Notes under the pieces: model-generated | Seen by the model: only the letters and a program-made list of their open reading frames with translations | Told to the model about the DNA's origin: nothing | Databases searched by the model: none | Translations under genes and position numbers: made by a program | Origin: a virus | IMG/VR virus record: IMGVR_UViG_3300009537_000054 | Coordinates: 1-41,748 of that record | Direction: 5' to 3' (one strand) | Length of the DNA stretch: 41,748 bases | Shown here: one piece after another, positions 1 to 7,527 of the stretch | Layout of the letters: each line of letters begins with the position of its first letter | Position numbering within the stretch: the stretch's first letter is position 1

Positions 1-70
1 CACTGCCTTAACCCGGAATAGCTCCGCATCGCCCCTCAGAAGCCACACAGGGCCGTTTGTGTCCGTACCC
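1..70. repeat. Direct terminal repeat, copy 1 (circular assembly overlap or terminal redundancy)
   Basis: nt 1..70 are identical (70/70) to nt 41679..41748, read directly. Confidence 0.97.
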
Positions 71-456
71 GCTCCATAGTAAGCACCAAGGCTGTAGCGC
101 GTCACCACGGTCAACCAGTCGAGTTTGTCCCTTCGGACGTACAAATCGGTCATGCCAGTGCCGGTGTCATAAACACTGGTAACTGTATTAGGATAATCTG
201 ATGGATGTACTTTGGTTGAGGCGGTTACTTTTTTGTCCGGGTCTTTCTTGACTGTTTCAGGGAGGCCCAAGTCTCGCTTAACGCGATCTTTATAGACCAC
301 CACAGGTCTACAATCCAAAGTTTCAGATTTCGCATTTATAAGTTCCTTCGATGGCGGCGCGAGGACGGAAGGTAGCGAAGGCTTGATGGCGTTATAGGCA
401 CAGACGCCACCGGCAACGAGCAGTCCGAGGACAAAGCCTATAGCCATGTTTTTCAT
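1..456 (-). CDS. Exported/membrane-anchored protein, 5' part (152 codons) of a 176-codon gene that spans the genome junction
   Basis: ATG at 456..454 overlaps the upstream stop (ATGA). The frame stays open to the window edge and continues in frame at 41678 once the 70-nt overlap is collapsed. N-terminal hydrophobic helix MKNMAIGFVLGLLVAGGV. Confidence 0.7.
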   Translation of the reverse strand, partial: MKNMAIGFVLGLLVAGGVCAYNAIKPSLPSVLAPPSKELINAKSETLDCRPVVVYKDRVKRDLGLPETVKKDPDKKVTASTKVHPSDYPNTVTSVYDTGTGMTDLYVRRDKLDWLTVVTRYSLGAYYGAGTDTNGPVWLLRGDAELFRVKAV

Positions 457-695
457 TGCACCGGCACCAGCTCACCCTTCTCAACCTTAAACGCCTTCAC
501 AACGGGCTTGCGGCCTTCGTTCTGAATCTGGAACGTGTAGGCTCCGCCCTCGACCACCGCAGGCTTGATATTGCCTGCCGCCACGTACAGGCCAGCGGCA
601 ACAATGCCAGCGGCCAGCACGGTAGTCGGCTCAATGTTGTACACAACACGTTTCACGTTGTAGTACATGGTTCTGACTTTGCCGGTTGGTTTCAT
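453..695 (-). CDS. Small membrane protein (one TM segment)
   Basis: 80-aa ORF with an ATG start and a TAATG/ATGA-coupled junction. Hydrophobic core TTVLAAGIVAAGLYVAAG. Confidence 0.6.
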   Translation of the reverse strand: MKPTGKVRTMYYNVKRVVYNIEPTTVLAAGIVAAGLYVAAGNIKPAVVEGGAYTFQIQNEGRKPVVKAFKVEKGELVPVQ

Positions 696-1108
696 TATCT
701 GGCCTCGATCAAGTAACGGTTCTGGATGCTGTCCGGTGTCACGTCATTGGTCTTCACCACCGGGCCGGGATCTGGCAACGGTTCCGGCACGATGTCTGGC
801 AGGCAGGCAGACTTAAAACTTTTCAGCTTCGGCTTCGATAACGTGAACAGCCCTTTAATGGCTGGCCACACATAGGCGTCGATGGCCGGAATGCCGAAAC
901 AGATGGTGCCAGCCGTTGCCAGCGCGTGTTTCAGCGTGTCGTCACTGTCTTTTTCGAGCAGTAGCAGATATTTGTTGTTGATGGTCGTCCCACCGCAACC
1001 GTGATGGCAGTCGCCGTGGCCGCCGCTGGCGCTAGTTGGAAGCGGGAAGACCAGCATAATACCGAGGATGATAATCAGATAGGCGAACGCTTTCGAGACT
1101 GATGTCAT
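695..1108 (-). CDS. Secreted Cys/His- and Pro-rich protein (signal peptide)
   Basis: Start reset to ATG 1108 (GAGGAG RBS, ATGA overlap with the upstream stop). N-terminus MTSVSKAFAYLIIILGIMLVFPLPTSA looks like a signal peptide. Confidence 0.6.
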   Translation of the reverse strand: MTSVSKAFAYLIIILGIMLVFPLPTSASGGHGDCHHGCGGTTINNKYLLLLEKDSDDTLKHALATAGTICFGIPAIDAYVWPAIKGLFTLSKPKLKSFKSACLPDIVPEPLPDPGPVVKTNDVTPDSIQNRYLIEAR

Positions 1109-1404
1109 TTTACACTCCTCATTTTCTGGTTTGTTTTCAGATCTTCGCTCCATATCCTCAAAGTCTCATAATCAGATTGAGTCTTGTTGGGCTTGGCCTC
1201 CAAGGCACCGATCTTCTTGCTTAGGTCCGTGATCTGTGTGTCATACAGGAAGTCGTTCTTGATGGCTTGCGCCTCTACCTTTAATTCCACGACCTTGATG
1301 TCTTCCTTGGTCGGTACTTCCTTGGCGAACCAGTAACCGCCACCTGCGACGCCACCGATGACGGTGATCGTGCTGATTGTTGACAAGATAGTGGCAAGGC
1401 TCAT
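1105..1404 (-). CDS. Type II membrane protein with coiled coil (i-spanin-like or holin-associated)
   Basis: 99 aa. N-terminal TM segment (ILSTISTITVIGGVAGGGYWF) followed by a charged helical region. ATGA coupling on both sides. Confidence 0.5.
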   Translation of the reverse strand: MSLATILSTISTITVIGGVAGGGYWFAKEVPTKEDIKVVELKVEAQAIKNDFLYDTQITDLSKKIGALEAKPNKTQSDYETLRIWSEDLKTNQKMRSVK

Positions 1405-1619
1405 GGCAGTTTGTCCTCGGCAGGTTTATCGCGGTATGCCTCGGCGATTTTGGCGGCGGCATCGCGGACGACGTATCCTGTCAGAAGCCCGAGCACACCT
1501 GTCACCCAATTCTCACCGGTAATGTGTCCTGATAGCAATAGCGCTGTGCCTGTTGCAAACCCCAACAAGACCAGCTTGTAAGTGACCGACTTAGTGCCAC
1601 GGTAATCCAGGTTGCTCAT
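1401..1619 (-). CDS. Holin-like small membrane protein (two TM segments)
   Basis: 72 aa with two hydrophobic helices and a charged C-terminus. It sits in a cluster of membrane proteins next to a putative wall-active enzyme. Confidence 0.45.
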   Translation of the reverse strand: MSNLDYRGTKSVTYKLVLLGFATGTALLLSGHITGENWVTGVLGLLTGYVVRDAAAKIAEAYRDKPAEDKLP

Positions 1620-2080
1620 GGAACCTTCTTCATTAAATCTTTCATGGCGTCGCGCGCAGCAGGATATCCATACTTCTCAAGTCCGATGTGGCCTCTCTGC
1701 CACGGCTCGACGAGGTTCGTTGCGATCCATACCGCCAATGGTGTCCGGTATCCGTAATTCGCTACACCCTTTTTATCTGGTGTGCGCTTCGAGATATACC
1801 GGGTGAGTCTCATCGAGAGCGTGGTCTCGTGTGGTAACTCCCAGAACATTACCGTGGCGACGGTGACGTTGAAGAGGATGTCAATGATTAACCCTGGTAT
1901 GGCGAACGTCACAAGCAGGATCTGATAGGCGAGGCGCTTTTTGCGGTTGTAGGCGACGTTGAGTGTCACCCAGAGTGCCCAGAGCACTACCCCGAGACCG
2001 ATGGTGTATGCGGTGTAAAGCATAAACGGACGGCTGGTGATTATTGCGCTGGCGATACTTGTCAGTATGGCTTCGAGCAT
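1616..2080 (-). CDS. Polytopic membrane protein
   Basis: Start reset to ATG 2080 (AGGAGG RBS 6 nt upstream). 154 aa with 3-4 hydrophobic helices. Confidence 0.55.
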   Translation of the reverse strand: MLEAILTSIASAIITSRPFMLYTAYTIGLGVVLWALWVTLNVAYNRKKRLAYQILLVTFAIPGLIIDILFNVTVATVMFWELPHETTLSMRLTRYISKRTPDKKGVANYGYRTPLAVWIATNLVEPWQRGHIGLEKYGYPAARDAMKDLMKKVP

Positions 2081-2088
2081 GCTTCCTC

Positions 2089-2508
2089 CTAAGTGATGGT
2101 GATCAGCACTTCTTCCCCTCTCGACCAAGCGTAGCTCATCTTGAGAACCAGGGCATGGAATGCGATGCGTGAATTCCTGATGTAATTATCCACCCGTTCC
2201 GTCCCGACGAGGATACATCCCTCCGTGTCGTCGGAACTATTCCCTGAATGTATCCTGATTCCCTCGAAGCCTGGCACATCGAGGAGGTGCGGCATGTCCC
2301 GTCCGTACTTCGGGGACCAGTCCATAACGACCTTGTACGTCCCCCTTGGGATTGCGGTGCGTCCGAAGACCTTCTTTTCCTTACCGTCTTCCAGATGCCG
2401 GTCGGTGTCTTCGAGGGAGAAGCATTCGCGTTCTTTCAGTCCGTCGATAAATATCTCCCCGGTGGTGCTGTAGTCGGTGAAGATGTCGCGGTGCAGCTCG
2501 AGTCTCAT
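2089..2508 (-). CDS. DUF5675-like protein, candidate peptidoglycan-acting enzyme (endolysin candidate)
   Basis: 139 aa. The pattern TGEIFIDG...CFSLED...TAIPRGTYKV...VPGFEGIRIHSGNSSDDTEGCILVG matches my memory of the DUF5675 family. The H...GC motif recalls the YkuD L,D-transpeptidase active site. The function is an inference. Confidence 0.4.
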   Translation of the reverse strand: MRLELHRDIFTDYSTTGEIFIDGLKERECFSLEDTDRHLEDGKEKKVFGRTAIPRGTYKVVMDWSPKYGRDMPHLLDVPGFEGIRIHSGNSSDDTEGCILVGTERVDNYIRNSRIAFHALVLKMSYAWSRGEEVLITIT

Positions 2509-2858
2509 TTTGTTTTCCTTTTCGGTGAATATCCGCCATATACATAGTTCTCAATCATCCTGTTGGTGTTTTCTACCTTCGCCTCAAGTCCCGCTAATCT
2601 CTCCGACAGCTTTGCCTGCTCGCGCTCTCGGGTCTCGAAGGCATCAAGTCGAATGTCTTGCTTGTCGTTGACTTCCAGGATGCTGTTAACCGTCGAGTCG
2701 AGTTTGGAAGCGTACCATGTGAATGATATTGCATTGCCGACAAGCCCAAAAAACACAATGACCAGTCCGATGATGACCGATACCGTGATGCGACGTTCAA
2801 GATGCCAGTTCCTGCGCTCTGGGCTCCCTTGGGTCTTTTGACTTTTTGTTACTTTCAT
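2505..2858 (-). CDS. Type II membrane protein with periplasmic coiled coil (i-spanin-like)
   Basis: 117 aa with a basic N-terminus, a TM segment (VSVIIGLVIVFFGLVGNAISF), then a helical E/K/R-rich region. Confidence 0.45.
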   Translation of the reverse strand: MKVTKSQKTQGSPERRNWHLERRITVSVIIGLVIVFFGLVGNAISFTWYASKLDSTVNSILEVNDKQDIRLDAFETREREQAKLSERLAGLEAKVENTNRMIENYVYGGYSPKRKTK

Positions 2859-3487
2859 ACTGCATCTCCACCGTATTGATAGCCTTCAATTACAGTAGGA
2901 TGGAAAGCCGTTGCTCCGTCACTACCGACAAGAAAAGCCCAGCTGACCGTACCTGATTCGCGGTTCCCGTACTGGACCCACAATTCCAGTGTGTCACCGG
3001 CCTCGAAGCTCACATCGTCGTCAAATGGATCCCCCGCCCCGCATTCATACTCCGTTTCGTATATTGTTCCTGATGAGTAGTGCCATAGCCCAGTATCAGC
3101 GCCGTTCTTGTATATCAATCCATAGACGTAGGGTGTAGTTGGGCTGTCACCGAAGTATATGTGCATGTGGACCCTTAGTGTCCCGCCACGCTGCAGCGTG
3201 ACTTCGGCGACCTTCACACGGTCTGTGACCGCTGTGCATCCAGATTGTGCGTGCAGAAAATAATCTCCCGCTGCGTAGTTGACGAACTTGCCAAGCGTGA
3301 AGCAGCCGGCGCGCATGGTGGCGGTCGTCACGGCCTCGGCGCCGCTGACTTGGTTAAGTGCTGCTGTCTGGAACTTGGGTGCTCCGCTTAATCCTTGAGC
3401 GAGCGCTGTATGGTTGTCCTGCATCAGGCCCATCTTGGATGCTGTGAGAATGGATCCGAATGCGAACTCGTTATTAGACCAGCTCAT
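2855..3487 (-). CDS. Tail fibre / receptor-binding protein paralogue 3
   Basis: 210 aa. The N-terminal ~70 aa (…LMQDNHTALAQGLSGAPKFQTAALNQVSGAEAVTTATMRAG) are shared with the two upstream ORFs and the C-terminal domain is divergent. It is the last gene of the tail module. Confidence 0.55.
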   Translation of the reverse strand: MSWSNNEFAFGSILTASKMGLMQDNHTALAQGLSGAPKFQTAALNQVSGAEAVTTATMRAGCFTLGKFVNYAAGDYFLHAQSGCTAVTDRVKVAEVTLQRGGTLRVHMHIYFGDSPTTPYVYGLIYKNGADTGLWHYSSGTIYETEYECGAGDPFDDDVSFEAGDTLELWVQYGNRESGTVSWAFLVGSDGATAFHPTVIEGYQYGGDAV

Positions 3488-4077
3488 GGTGATGCTCCAT
3501 GTGACTTGAGCGATGTATTTGCATCACATAGGAGCTGCAGGCGCCAAGGGGCCAACCCTTCTGCTACTGCGCTGCTACCCTTGATATAAAGTTGTATCAG
3601 ATCCCCAGCTACGAAGCTCACATTCTCGTCCCATGATGTCTGGCCCTGGGCGAAAGTCCGTGTGCGCTCTGTTCCTACGGGAGAACCGTTTTTGTATAGC
3701 TTGGCAAAAAATGTTTCCAGCACCCCAGATCCTGTGAGCCAGATTCTACTTGTTACTGTGCCTCCCCTTGGCATGTAGTATTCCGCGACCTTGGAATATG
3801 TGTTCGATGGATCCGTTGCTTGGTCCAGCGTGTCGGCCTCGACGTATCCAGTGCCGGCCGCGTAATCCAGCACCTTCGCCTGTGTTATTGAATTGGCGCG
3901 GATGGCCGCCGTGATGACGGCCTCCGATGAAGAGACTTGGTTGAGGGCTGCCGTCAATATCTTAGGCGCCCCTGAGGCGCCTTGTGCGAGGGCGAGGAAA
4001 TTGTCCTGTTGCAAGGCCAGCTTCACGCTTGTCAGCAGCGAATTCAGTGGGTAAACGAGGGATGTCCAGGTTGCCAT
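3484..4077 (-). CDS. Tail fibre / receptor-binding protein paralogue 2
   Basis: 197 aa. N-terminus MATWTSL...LQQDNFLALAQGASGAPKILTAALNQVSSSEAVITAAIRAN matches the neighbouring ORFs. The C-terminus is unique. Confidence 0.55.
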   Translation of the reverse strand: MATWTSLVYPLNSLLTSVKLALQQDNFLALAQGASGAPKILTAALNQVSSSEAVITAAIRANSITQAKVLDYAAGTGYVEADTLDQATDPSNTYSKVAEYYMPRGGTVTSRIWLTGSGVLETFFAKLYKNGSPVGTERTRTFAQGQTSWDENVSFVAGDLIQLYIKGSSAVAEGLAPWRLQLLCDANTSLKSHGASP

Positions 4078-4292
4078 CAGACGGTGATCTTTGCCAGGGT
4101 GATGTTCTTCGCGCGCACGGTGGCGTTCGTTACTGCCTCTATACCGGGTGTCTGCTCAAGTGCGGCTGAGAGAATTTTAGGCGCGCCCGATGCACCCTCC
4201 GCGATGGCGAGGTGATTGTCCTGCAGCTGTTCCATTACTGTGCTTGCCAGGATAGCGCCAGCCGAGAAGGATAGGCTAGTCCAGGTTGCCAT
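4077..4292 (-). CDS. Stand-alone copy of the fibre N-terminal domain (71 aa)
   Basis: MATWTSLSFSAGAILASTVMEQLQDNHLAIAEGASGAPKILSAALEQTPGIEAVTNATVRAKNITLAKITV. It stops 1 nt into the start of paralogue 2 (TGATG). Confidence 0.5.
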   Translation of the reverse strand: MATWTSLSFSAGAILASTVMEQLQDNHLAIAEGASGAPKILSAALEQTPGIEAVTNATVRAKNITLAKITV

Positions 4293-4479
4293 TGTGTTCC
4301 TGCGCGCAGATAAAATCGGCCACTTTCGCCATATGCTTCGGGCAGATCCAAGGGTTCGGCCTGTCGATTACCTTTATACCATGCAGTTGTCCCCAGCCTG
4401 GCCAGCCTGCTCCCTCAGTCTCCTCTTGGGTTGATTCCTTGCAGTTTGGTACGTCGCATGTCGCTGTTCTTAGCATCAT
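4276..4479 (-). CDS. Small Cys-containing protein in the tail module
   Basis: 67 aa with ATGA coupling to the upstream gene. Cys/His pattern C-x4-C...C-x2-H. Confidence 0.45.
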   Translation of the reverse strand: MMLRTATCDVPNCKESTQEETEGAGWPGWGQLHGIKVIDRPNPWICPKHMAKVADFICAQEHNGNLD

Positions 4480-5651
4480 AGCAATAAGTCCGGCCCGTCT
4501 AGTGTGGAAACATCCAGGTAGAAACCTCCGACGAGTTGTGAGGCGTCCACTTCCAAATCCATGCGCCCTGATTCCATGTCGAGCTTATGTTTCATGATTC
4601 TCCATGATTGTGCAATGCCGGTCTGCGGTTCGTCGATGGCGATGGTCTCGCCAATGACATGATGTAGTGGCATCAACGGGACTTGGATATTCACGCGGTC
4701 GTATGGCAGGCCAGCCGTGGAAATCACGCGCTGCGCGAGATTCAGGGCATTGGCGCTGTTGACATACCAGATAGACTCGTCTTTTTCTACGGATTCCCGG
4801 ACTGCGAAACTGTTGATTGATGCTGTGCTCTGGTCGAATACATTGATGGCCCAGTACCCTGATTCTGCGCGATAATCACCATAGACCCATTGGCGGTTGG
4901 TCATGTCGGTATCATCGACCGATACGGAAAGGCCCAGAAGCTGGTCGTTCGAGAGAGCGGTGACGGCGGTGCTTGCCAGCGTGAATCGATAGAAGGCGAG
5001 CTTGTCGTTCTGCTGTGTGATGGCGCTGCGCGTGTATCGGCTGATTTTTCTGAGGCATTCTGCGACCTTCTGACCCTCGAATCTGGCTTGTACATAAACG
5101 CTGTCGTTACTGAATGTCGCTGCCCAAGATTGGAAGGTCTGCCAGTCTAAGTCAGTATTAGCCGAGCTCTGCGTGGCGTCCATGCCTCCGTAGCAGGTGA
5201 CAAGCGTCCAAGCGATGTCCGATGGCAACTGACTGGCTATGCTGAAGACGGCAGGGGCATCCGATTTCCCTACCACCCTTTGCGCGAACAGACGGAACTT
5301 GTCAGTCATGCTGATGGTGCAGTCCCCACCGTTGTAGGTAGCCTTATCGACGGTCCCGAGATGCACGTTGATGAGTTCATCACCGCTGGTCGGATGGGTA
5401 AACCCCAATTTCAGGGCGGTAGCCTTCCGCATGTTCACTTTGTCGGTGCGGAAAAAATTGAAGGTCTGCTCGTCGTTTTCCAATGAGATTGTGGCGCTGA
5501 TTGATCTCAGGTCATCCCACTTCACGGACACGCTCGGCCAGCGCTTCACATAGCGCGAATAATCGCTGCCACCGATGGTGAAGACGCGCTTGATCGGCGG
5601 GTGCTGGGTTTGTGCTTGGGCGATAAACCAGCTTGTCACGGCGTAGGTCAT
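4476..5651 (-). CDS. Tail tip / baseplate hub-like structural protein
   Basis: 391-aa ORF following the tape measure and distal tail genes. No enzymatic motif recognised, so the call is positional. Confidence 0.45.
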   Translation of the reverse strand: MTYAVTSWFIAQAQTQHPPIKRVFTIGGSDYSRYVKRWPSVSVKWDDLRSISATISLENDEQTFNFFRTDKVNMRKATALKLGFTHPTSGDELINVHLGTVDKATYNGGDCTISMTDKFRLFAQRVVGKSDAPAVFSIASQLPSDIAWTLVTCYGGMDATQSSANTDLDWQTFQSWAATFSNDSVYVQARFEGQKVAECLRKISRYTRSAITQQNDKLAFYRFTLASTAVTALSNDQLLGLSVSVDDTDMTNRQWVYGDYRAESGYWAINVFDQSTASINSFAVRESVEKDESIWYVNSANALNLAQRVISTAGLPYDRVNIQVPLMPLHHVIGETIAIDEPQTGIAQSWRIMKHKLDMESGRMDLEVDASQLVGGFYLDVSTLDGPDLLL

Positions 5652-6613
5652 CAGTAGCCTTCCAGATCAATGCTGCCTTTCCACCTGTCGAGGAGAGGCT
5701 TTTGGTGTACGGAGAGTGGCAGAGTTCTATTCGTGATGGTCCCGGATACCACGATAGTGTTCTCGTCGTCGAAATAGACCAGCTTCTCTTCGGCCTTCCA
5801 GAAGCTATTGATGAGCGTCGCATCCCGGCAGTTCACGAAGGCTAGTGGGATGGTCGCACTATCCCTATGCCCCCAAGTGTAGCGGTACTGCTTCCCGCTT
5901 TGGCTTTCGTGCTTCGACTCGTGGCGTTGGCCTTTGAGAGTGGCGCCTGGGGTTGGGAGCATGACCGCTTCGAGGCTTCCTACCAGTGCCGCTGCGCCTG
6001 ATGTGACAACCCACGGCCCGAGGCCGTAGATCGGATCGGTGGTGAAGTCGAGACCGCCGTCGCGGACCTGGACGTGGCCAACATGAATACCCGCCCACGG
6101 TGCGTCGCTTGTGGTCTGCCCATATTGGGGGTAGATATACGTCTGCCGTTGTGTGCCTTCAGCTATCTGCGTATTGACCGTCATCCATGCAATATATATC
6201 TGCTGGTCATTCGCAGACCTGTACGGCGTCTCGAATACTCCATAGCTGCTCACATTCGCAAGAGCAGTATATGAATTGACCTTCTTGGTCGTCGGGTTTG
6301 CATATAAATAAAGTTCGTGTGAAATGTTAGATGCAGGGTTGTACAGATTCATTGCGAAGGTCGATGAATTATCGACTGCAAATTCCATGAAGAAGGTCTG
6401 TTCTCCCGTAAGCCACACCCCACAACTGTTGGCGATGTGGTAGGTAAAATAGTCTGCATAACTCGACGTATCGGTAGTCTGGCGTATCCCTGCTAACCGG
6501 CGACCGTTCTGCAACAACAGAGAATTACCCAACGACGCACGTCCGGTCCAGTACCCGAAGTCATCGACTCGCGACCAGATGTGATTCTGGTACTGCTTTG
6601 CCAGCCACCGCAT
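5651..6613 (-). CDS. Distal tail protein paralogue B (ends ...RWKGSIDLEGY)
   Basis: 320 aa. The C-terminal ~90 aa are alignable with the upstream ORF. The stop/start junction GGCTACTGATG is the same type as at 6613. Confidence 0.45.
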   Translation of the reverse strand: MRWLAKQYQNHIWSRVDDFGYWTGRASLGNSLLLQNGRRLAGIRQTTDTSSYADYFTYHIANSCGVWLTGEQTFFMEFAVDNSSTFAMNLYNPASNISHELYLYANPTTKKVNSYTALANVSSYGVFETPYRSANDQQIYIAWMTVNTQIAEGTQRQTYIYPQYGQTTSDAPWAGIHVGHVQVRDGGLDFTTDPIYGLGPWVVTSGAAALVGSLEAVMLPTPGATLKGQRHESKHESQSGKQYRYTWGHRDSATIPLAFVNCRDATLINSFWKAEEKLVYFDDENTIVVSGTITNRTLPLSVHQKPLLDRWKGSIDLEGY

Positions 6614-7527
6614 CAGTACCCCTCCAGATTTATACTGACCGTCCAGCGGTTCTCATATGGCTTAACCTGTTTCGCAACCGGCGGGCTGCTCTCATCGATG
6701 AAGACGGAGGTGATGGCGGCGAACGGATCATCGGCATCTCTCATCAGGATCGGCGTTCCGTCTCTCCACCATTTGTTGATGGTGTGAAGGTCACGCGTTG
6801 AAAGCATGTCGGCATTCAGTTTGTAGCGTTCCCGATTTCCGTAGACGTACCGCGCCCGCGCGCCTGCGGGTGTTTTCGATTCATCGAAGTATTTTTCGGA
6901 GCCGCTGGTGGAGTCCCATTCGGTGTCTATGTTTACTGTTCCGCCTATGTTCCACGAGGTAGTCGTCGCAACATAAGGCGCCAGTGGTGCAGGTCCTAAA
7001 TTCGGGTGCCAGAGATAGAAACCATACCCACTCGTACCAGTGTACTGAACGGTCGGGACAGAATTCCCTGTAAAAAAATAGGAATAAAGATTTCCGCTGC
7101 CAGATGGTCTTGGTGTCTCGCTGGAGACGATTCTCACATAGAACCAATTGTCGGTCATCAACGAGAACGCGTCGACATACCCATACTCTTGAACTGATTG
7201 ACCTGAAGATATCCGGAAAGATATTAGAGGTCTTCCAGCATCTTCCCAGACCTGATGTAATAGATAGTTTCTCTCTCCCGCTTTCCAGAAAAATTCCGAA
7301 ACAATTTGCTCACCGAAAAGATCGTTCGAGCTTGCGATGATGTTATAGAGCGCATGCTGGACACTATTTGCACTCGTTTCCATAATCTTCGTCGCCGATG
7401 CCGTGCCATCCGGTGCCAGCACAGCGGTTGACGTTTCTAATACAGTGGCGTTACTCTGCCCCCAATTAGACATCGTCTCTGTCCATTTCAATCTATTATT
7501 CGGCGTGAACAGTGAAACCTTGCTCAT
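6613..7527 (-). CDS. Distal tail protein paralogue A (ends ...RWTVSINLEGY)
   Basis: 304 aa, immediately downstream of the tape measure gene (ATGA overlap). Confidence 0.45.
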   Translation of the reverse strand: MSKVSLFTPNNRLKWTETMSNWGQSNATVLETSTAVLAPDGTASATKIMETSANSVQHALYNIIASSNDLFGEQIVSEFFWKAGERNYLLHQVWEDAGRPLISFRISSGQSVQEYGYVDAFSLMTDNWFYVRIVSSETPRPSGSGNLYSYFFTGNSVPTVQYTGTSGYGFYLWHPNLGPAPLAPYVATTTSWNIGGTVNIDTEWDSTSGSEKYFDESKTPAGARARYVYGNRERYKLNADMLSTRDLHTINKWWRDGTPILMRDADDPFAAITSVFIDESSPPVAKQVKPYENRWTVSINLEGY

